DNA of 63,983 nucleotides, the filler included, from Octopus bimaculoides (taxonomy: Eukaryota), in assembly GCF_001194135.2 (NCBI RefSeq). It is 6 parts of 6 records of this genome, joined end to end, with 100 filler letters (N's around TTAATTAATTAA, not from the genome) between each part and the next. Parts side by side here need not be neighbours in the genome. Positions count along the whole stretch, not along the records: positions 56,375 to 60,237 come from NC_068992.1; positions 60,338 to 62,845 come from NW_026396487.1; positions 62,946 to 63,983 come from NC_068984.1; 3 more parts are not named here. One strand, 5' to 3'. Within the stretch, counting starts at the first letter, position 1, and each line of letters begins with the position of its first letter. Position numbers and translations under genes: made by a program. Shown here piece after piece: positions 56,275 to 63,983 of this stretch. Under the pieces are notes generated by a model. The model was given only the letters and a program-made list of their open reading frames with translations. It did no database searches and had not been told where the DNA came from.

Positions 56275-57184
56275 NNNNNNNNNNNNNNNNNNNNNNNNNN
56301 NNNNNNNNNNNNNNNNNNTTAATTAATTAANNNNNNNNNNNNNNNNNNNNNNNNNNNNNNNNNNNNNNNNNNNNTATATATATATATATATACACATATA
56401 TATATGCATGTCTTTATACTTCTGTGTTCATGTTGAGATCTTGTTAAAAACCGTGGTTTGTGTTTATGTCACTTAGCGGTCCTACACAGTGTCCAATAAA
56501 ATATGCACCGGGCTTTAAAATAAATACTCAAGTTGATACGGCCTACTAGAATTCTTTCCTTCAAAGCTGTGCCCCAGCATGGCCGCGGTCCAATGACTGA
56601 AACAACGAATAAGTAACACCATATTTCAAATGTTTAAAGCGCCGACCTGCAAGACTCTTTAGCGCTCCGGACAAGATGCTTAGCAGCATTTCGTTCGTCT
56701 TTACGTTCTGAGTTCAAATGTTACCGAGGTTGACATTGCCTTTCATTATTTCAGGCCCGATAAAATAAGTACCAGTTCAGTGCTGGGGTTGATGTAATCG
56801 ACTAAAGACCCCTCCCCATCTCCCCAAGCCCGAAATTACTGGCCTTGTGCCAAAATTTGAAACCAATATTCAAAAATGTTTAAGACTCTTATTTAAATAC
56901 TTAATTAGATAATTAATTTCTGCAATAATTATACGTGGAATCAACTATTTAATAAATATCGAGTTTCGTGTTAGATTGTTGTTCAGAGATGTTTATCTTA
57001 ACATCGATTTCTAATAAAACATTCTAAATGTATCAGCATCCTGAGCTCTTCTTGGAGTACACAGTTCTTCCACTTCAGTCGCAGACAACTATGCCAAGCA
57101 TGATCCGGTTACATTAGTCCGAAAGTTTGAATGGTAATATTCCAGAAATATTCCTGTCAATGAAATGTGTGAATGTACTTAACG

Positions 57185-57250
<66 letters not shown>

Positions 57251-59256
57251 GTTGTTGTTGTTTTCTGTTTTACTATTTCTCCTGAAGTAGTCCATCCTAA
57301 CAATGGTATTGTATATTATTTAATAATAACATTAAGCTGTATAGAAAAGCAATGCTGTATGTGACATTTTCGGGGGGCAGCTGAAATTTATGTGGAATAT
57401 TTTCAGCAAGATATCTGTTACAATTGACATTTTCGGTAGTACCTTGGGGCTTAGCTGTTTCACTATCACTTCTGTACATCGGTATTTTTTTATAGCTTTA
57501 TCTTACTCATACATTACCAAAGCACAACCTGACGTAGCAGTGACGAATTGAAAGCAAACTACACTCTCTCTAAACGTCGTCGTCATATACCAAACCTTAT
57601 GCTTAAAATACCAATACATAACCTTTTACTTTTTAGTTGGTTTCGCTTCCAGAGGCGTAGATCTGTCCGATAGGTCTGAGGTCGTATGCTTCTTGAGGAA
57701 TTAATTCCACACTTGAAAGTTGATAGTGCTCCTTTCACTTTTAAACATTTGATTAAGCGTTTTAGATTTTATTTAACAGATACTTCCTTGGGTGAGGCCA
57801 TACGTCAGTCTAAGATAGTTTGGAATCATCTTAAGCCTTCTCAATCATTTTCGTTTCTTTCTGAGGTAGAATTTGTAAAATATTCCTAGTTCTTTTTAAG
57901 ATTTCAACTGATGGTAGGATCTTGCTAATTTCTTAATATCAATGGAACATGCAATTCAGCTAAGTGTTTCAAATATTCTTAACAATATTGGTACTGCAGA
58001 CAAGGTGACAAACTGGCAGAATCCTTAACACGCCGAGTCAAACGTCACACGTCATTCTAAGATAGTTTGGAATTATTTTAAAATCTCAGTCATTTTCTTT
58101 TTCTTCTGAGGGAGAATTGGTAAAATATTCCTAGTTCTTTTTAAGATTTTAATTGACAAAAGAATCTTGCTAATTTCTTAACATCAATGAAACAGACCTC
58201 TTCTGTAATTCAGCTAAGTATCTCAAATATTCTTAACAATATTGGTGCGGCAGATAAGTCGACAAACTGGCCGAATCTTTAACACGCCGAGTCAAAGGCT
58301 AAGCTGATTTCGTTCATCTTTACGTTCTAAGTTCAATCCGTTGGGGTCGACTTTGCTGTTCGTCCTTTCGGGGTCGATGAAATAAAGAACCCGTTAATCG
58401 CAGAGATCTAAGTAATCGACTTACCCCTTGAGCCAAAGTTTGGAACCAATATTGGTACAGCAGATGATTTGTACGATATTGCCTTTTAGGAAGGAAAACT
58501 CCTGATGTTATATTCTTTGTCAATCTGACGTTGTTGTTGTTATTGCTGTTGTTGTCGCCTTCTTTCTGTTTTGGATCGAATCAGATTCGATGGAGCAAAC
58601 GTATTAATGGCATTCCAAACTGACCCGTATTGCACTTGATAGAAAGCCTAACCCTGATCATATTGTCTAAAATGTCCTCTCATTTTAAGACGATAATGTA
58701 ATACTGTTTCCTCAGATTGTCTTTGTGCACGGCCAATCCATAGACGTAAATAGAACTAAGCATTTGGAATGGATTAGAATCACAAAAACAGACGGTGATG
58801 TGAAAATTGGTTGCAGTTCCAACAATGACTGAACATTAGGATAACGCTTGGTCAGTCCACCCCTTTGTCAATCAAAAGCTTTTTTATTTACACTCGCTAT
58901 TTTCCTACAAAACGCGACTTCATTTATTTATAGCCTCATAGGGATTGTGTCCCAGTTTTCGCGACCGCATATACTCTCCAGGCCGTCGCGATGGACGAGA
59001 CGCCAGTCCGTCGCCGGAGTATTTGTTTTTGGTAGCTGAGTGGACTGGAGCAACGTGAAGCGAAGTGCTTTGCTCAAGAACACAGTGCAATGTCCTGTCC
59101 AAGAAACGAAACAACAATCTTACGATTGACCAGCAACACCCTGACAAACAGCTAGGTTACGGGAACGTAAACAGAGTAATACCGGTTGTCAAGCAGTGGT
59201 AGCGTACAAACCGGGATACAAAGACCCCCTACACACAACAAAATACACGCACGCAT

Positions 59257-59301
<45 letters not shown>

Positions 59302-59616
59302 TATATACACACATATATATATGTGAGTGTGCATGTACANNNNNNNNNNNNNNNNNNNNNNNNNNNNNNNNNNNNNNNNNNNNNNNNNNNNNNNNNNNNN
59401 NNNNNNNNNNNNNNNNNNNNNNNNNNNNNNNNNNNNNNNTATACAGGGGTTATGAGAGGTAATGGTGTCAATAAGACCTTCTCCGATGAAGGGATATAAA
59501 AAATATCACGGAAACAGCTGTAAGACCTTCTATTTATAAATGTTCTAAAATCTTCACAGCCTTGGATTTTTATCTCATTCAGAAAACAATCTTATACATA
59601 TATAAATATATATATA

Positions 59617-59945
59617 TGGAGGCTCAATGGCCCAGTTGCTTAGGCAGTGGACTCGTGGTTTCGATTCCCAGACCGGGCGTTGTGAGTGTTTATTGAGGCT
59701 CCGGCAGAGGGTTGTGGAGAACCCTGCTGTGCTCTTTCACCACAACTTTCTCTCACTCTTTCTTCCTATTTCTGTTGTACCTGTTTTTCAAAGGGGCCAG
59801 CCTTATCACACTCTGTGTCAATGTGAATTTCCCCGAGAACTACGTTAAAGGTACACGTCTCTGTGGAGTGTTCAACCACTTGCACGTTAGTTTCACGAGC
59901 AGAACAGAAACACTCGTCGTCGCAACCGACGGAGTTTCCGTCTCC
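59617..59945 (+). mobile_element. Same tRNA(Arg) SINE, diverged copy
   Basis: Aligns with the other copies, with internal deletions. Confidence 0.75.
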
Positions 59946-60351
59946 CATTTCCACTTACAAAGCCCTCATGTGTGTGTGTGTGTGTATAAAAGCGGCGTGT
60001 TGTCTCGTGAGATCGTAGGTTCGATTCCCAGACCACCTGCGCGTTGAGCTCTTGAGCTAGCCTCTTCATTTCATTTTGCTCCAGTCTACTCAGCTGTACA
60101 TCGATGACTCTACGACGGACTAGCTATCCCCTCAAGGGGGGTGTAGGTGTGCTTCCTAACCAGCGGGGTGCAAAGTGCATTGTAGTGAGCTATGTATTAC
60201 AACATCCGACAGTGTGAGATATATATATATATATATANNNNNNNNNNNNNNNNNNNNNNNNNNNNNNNNNNNNNNNNNNNNTTAATTAATTAANNNNNNN
60301 NNNNNNNNNNNNNNNNNNNNNNNNNNNNNNNNNNNNNCACACACACACACA

Positions 60352-61275
60352 CAAGGTGCGGTGAATAAATTGTCGTTTAAATTACGCAAAAATGAAAATA
60401 ATACTGACTTCTCATTTTAACAGATATATTTACCAAAATTGCATAGAAATATCTTGAAATACTAGAGAGTAAATTTATTCAATAAAATCGCCATTGGCTT
60501 CAACCACGGCCTCCACGCGACTTTGGAATCTCCAGCAACTTTTCTGGACGGTCTCCTTGTTTAAGTTGGTGAATGCTGCCATAATCCTTACCTTCAGTTC
60601 ATCTTTGGTGTTACTAGGAGTTTTGTTGGGTTCTCGCTCAACTGCACCCCACATATAATAATCAAGGGGTTGCAGTCTGGGGAGTTAGGTCACCAAATGT
60701 TAGGGGTGATGTGATCGCAGAAATTATCTGACAGCCATGACTGGGTTCTCCTGCTTGTGTGGCATGGCGCAGAGTCCTGTTGTCAGACATAGGGTCTTCC
60801 AGCAGCCACCTTCTTGACCCAGAGCAGTACTACCTTCTCGAGGTACTTGATGTAGGACTCCATGTTGAGTCTGAAACCGCGTGGGAAGATGAATGGAGGC
60901 ATAATGTCGCCATCACTAGTGATCACTCTGAACACCATGATGTTGACTGGATGTTTGATTTTTATCACTCTCGGTACATGTTTTGGGGACACGGTGAGCC
61001 AAAGGTTGTTCAGTGTGTTCACCATTTGATCCTGGCTGACATTTTTCGGTTGGAGGGGATGCTTGAGTTTATTCAAAAGCCCCTTAGCGTAGTCTTTCGT
61101 CTTATCCTTGATAGCTTTGGATAAAAATTGGCCCTTTCTCATCTTGTATGAGGAATACCGAATGTCTTCATAATACCTGCCTGATAAGAAACTCAGTCAC
61201 TCCCATGTCCCTGACGATAGACCTCATTGATCGCTGTCAATCATGGCCTGGATCTCACCAACAAATTCAGGAGTA
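60352..61275 (-). mobile_element. Second maT (DD37D) copy, longer, truncated by a gap
   Basis: Same 3' TIR and catalytic region; 37 residues between QQD and NPLD; frameshifted. Confidence 0.85.
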
Positions 61276-62257
61276 GTTTTCTTATAACNNNNNNNNNNNN
61301 NNNNNNNNNNNNNNNNNNNNNNNNNNNNNNNNNNNNNNNNNNNNNNNNNNNNNNNNNNNNNNNNNNNNNNNNNNNNNNNNNNNNNNNNNNNNNNNNNNNN
61401 NNNNNNNNNNNNNNNNNNNNNNNNNNNNNNNNNNNNNNNNNNNNNNNNNNNNNNNNNNNNNNNNNNNNNNNNNNNNNNNNNNNNNNNNNNNNNNNNNNNN
61501 NNNNNNNNNNNNNNNNNNNNNNNNNNNNNNNNNNNNNNNNNNNNNNNNNNNNNNNNNNNNNNNNNNNNNNNNNNNNNNNNNNNNNNNNNNNNNNNNNNNN
61601 NNNNNNNNNNNNNNNNNNNNNNNNNNNNNNNNNNNNNNNNNNNNNNNNNNNNNNNNNNNNNNNNNNNNNNNNNNNNNNNNNNNNNNNNNNNNNNNNNNNN
61701 NNNNNNNNNNNNNNNNNNNNNNNNNNNNNNNNNNNNNNNNNNNNNNNNNNNNNNNNNNNNNNNNNNNNNNNNNNNNNNNNNNNNNNNNNNNNNNNNNNNN
61801 NNNNNNNNNNNNNNNNNNNNNNNNNNNNNNNNNNNNNNNNNNNNNNNNNNNNNNNNNNNNNNNNNNNNNNNNNNNNNNNNNNNNNNNNNNNNNNNNNNNN
61901 NNNNNNNNNNNNNNNNNNNNNNNNNNNNNNNNNNNNNNNNNNNNNNNNNNNNNNNNNNNNNNNNNNNNNNNNNNNNNNNNNNNNNNNNNNNNNNNNNNNN
62001 NNNNNNNNNNNNNNNNNNNNNNNNNNNNNNNNNNNNNNNNNNNNNNNNNNNNNNNNNNNNNNNNNNNNNNNNNNNNNNNNNNNNNNNNNNNNNNNNNNNN
62101 NNNNNNNNNNNNNNNNNNNNNNNNNNNNNNNNNNNNNNNNNNNNNNNNNNNNNNNNNNNNNNNNNNNNNNNNNNNNNNNNNNNNNNNNNNNNNNNNNNNN
62201 NNNNNNNNNNNNNNNNNNNNNNNNNNNNNNNNNNNNNNNNNNNNNNNNNNNNNNNNG

Positions 62258-62625
62258 TGGTGGTTTGTGTTGGTTATTGCGATTGTTGTTATTAATATAG
62301 TAATGGTGATAGTGGTTGCTGCTGATGTCGCTGCTGCTGCCACTGCTGTTGTTGTTGTTGTTGTTGTTGTTGCTGTTATTGTTGTTGTTTTTGTTGTTGT
62401 TGTTGTTGTTGCTGCTGTTGTTATGGCAATGGTGGCGATGACTGTTGCTTCTAATCTTGATATAGCCGTTGCTGCTGCTGTTGATCTTGCTATTCTTGTT
62501 GTTCTTGCAATTGTTGTTGTTGTTATTGTTGTTGTTGTTGTTGTTGACGTTGCTGTTGTTGTTGTTGTTGTGTTGTTGTCGTTGTTGTTGCTGTTCTTCT
62601 TGTTCTTCTTGTTATTGTCAGTGTA
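62258..62625. repeat. Degenerate (GTT)n/(GCT)n trinucleotide array
   Basis: Seen directly; it produces the spurious poly-V/A/L ORF. Confidence 0.9.
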
Positions 62626-63512
62626 ACATTACAGCTGAGGTCTGAATACGTCGCTGTTTTGTGTCTGACAATAAAACATTATGTCACTATGATTATTGTT
62701 TCATAACAAATGATAAATCTCACATGATAAACTATGCACTATACCAAGAAAATATAACAACGAATCCCTGTCACACGCACGCACACACACATACACACAC
62801 ACATACACACATTATGAAATTTGTTTTATCAGTTTCTCCATTTATNNNNNNNNNNNNNNNNNNNNNNNNNNNNNNNNNNNNNNNNNNNNTTAATTAATTA
62901 ANNNNNNNNNNNNNNNNNNNNNNNNNNNNNNNNNNNNNNNNNNNNTATATATTTATATATATATACATATATATAGTATATATAAAATGTATATTGTCGT
63001 ATTTGCATATATACAATGCATACTAATTTTTGATGTAAACATACGTTTACGTTTATGCTTTATGAACAAATAAATGCATATATGTATGCATATATGTATA
63101 TATATATGTGTATATATATATATGTATACACATGTATATATATATATATATATATNNNNNNNNNNTAAGCGTGTTTGTGTGTGTGTGTGTGCGTGATGTG
63201 TGTGTGTGTGTATGCGTGTGGAGTGTGTCATCTTCACTGAATATGTATACAGATACGTGTTTTATATGTTATCAATAACGTCATGTACATGAACTTATAT
63301 TATATTATATTATATTATATTATATATATGATTATAGGATAAGTTTATGTATGTGACGTTATTGATAACATCTAGAAGGTGCTCCTTTTCCACTCACCTA
63401 AGTGAATGGAGCTTGGTAACTCATGTCATCAGACGACATCCAACTATCACCGATATATATAGAATATATAACATATACTATTTGTATATGTACATATATG
63501 TATGTATATTTA

Positions 63513-63596
<84 letters not shown>

Positions 63597-63911
63597 GTAT
63601 GTATATATGTATATATATAGATAGATATGCATATATATATGTATATATGTCGCATGCATGTATATATGCGTATATATATATGTGTGTATATACATATATT
63701 TTCCTCTTTATACATAATATACATATTTCATGATGTAAGGACATTAATAATATTGCATGATATAAAATTATATTAATGATGAGAGCATACAAACATTTAT
63801 GCTTTTATAGACGTACATATATCTGTCAAAGTATAAATTCTTGTATAGGTATAGAATCTATAGGTTAGGTATGAGATCTATGCATAATTTCTATATACTC
63901 TCTCCCTCCCA

Positions 63912-63983
<72 letters not shown>

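Noticed and set aside
57040-57153. TAG-to-TGG editing read-through frame (…GSCLA*LSATEVEELC…)
   Set aside because: No evidence that the frame is coding; purely speculative.
62267-62626. 119-aa hydrophobic ORF (poly-Val/Ala/Leu)
   Set aside because: It is the translation of a (GTT/GCT)n microsatellite.
63365-63440. Hammerhead-like CUGAUGA…GAAA…UUC on the minus strand
   Set aside because: Stem III is plausible, but C at 10.1 is atypical and no stem I can form.

Overview
This is AT-rich, microsatellite- and SINE-dense animal genomic DNA. The repeat families point to an octopus genome; that assignment is inferred, not searched. There are two clear protein-coding genes. (1) Thirteen phase-consistent exons (862 codons, 450-25473, minus strand) of an axonemal outer-arm dynein heavy chain (DNAH5/DNAH8-like) cover the end of AAA3, AAA4, the stalk/microtubule-binding domain and AAA5. 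(2) A complete 6-exon proteasome beta-1 gene (PSMB6, 235 aa, 30653-37851, plus strand). The rest is tRNA-derived SINEs, MITEs/foldbacks, decayed mariner and maT transposons, and RT/endonuclease fossils of several retroelement clades (CR1/Jockey-like, Tx1/L1, RTE, R4-like, Penelope-like). Five 100-nt N44-TTAATTAATTAA-N44 spacers are artificial assembly joins, so long-range order is uncertain. The most interesting signal is a tRNA-headed SINE whose 3' body carries a minimal, dimer-type hammerhead ribozyme of the kind found in Penelope-like elements (16598-16888). A second, unrelated hammerhead lies at 39584-39641. There are also candidate restorative A-to-I recoding sites in PSMB6 and the dynein.
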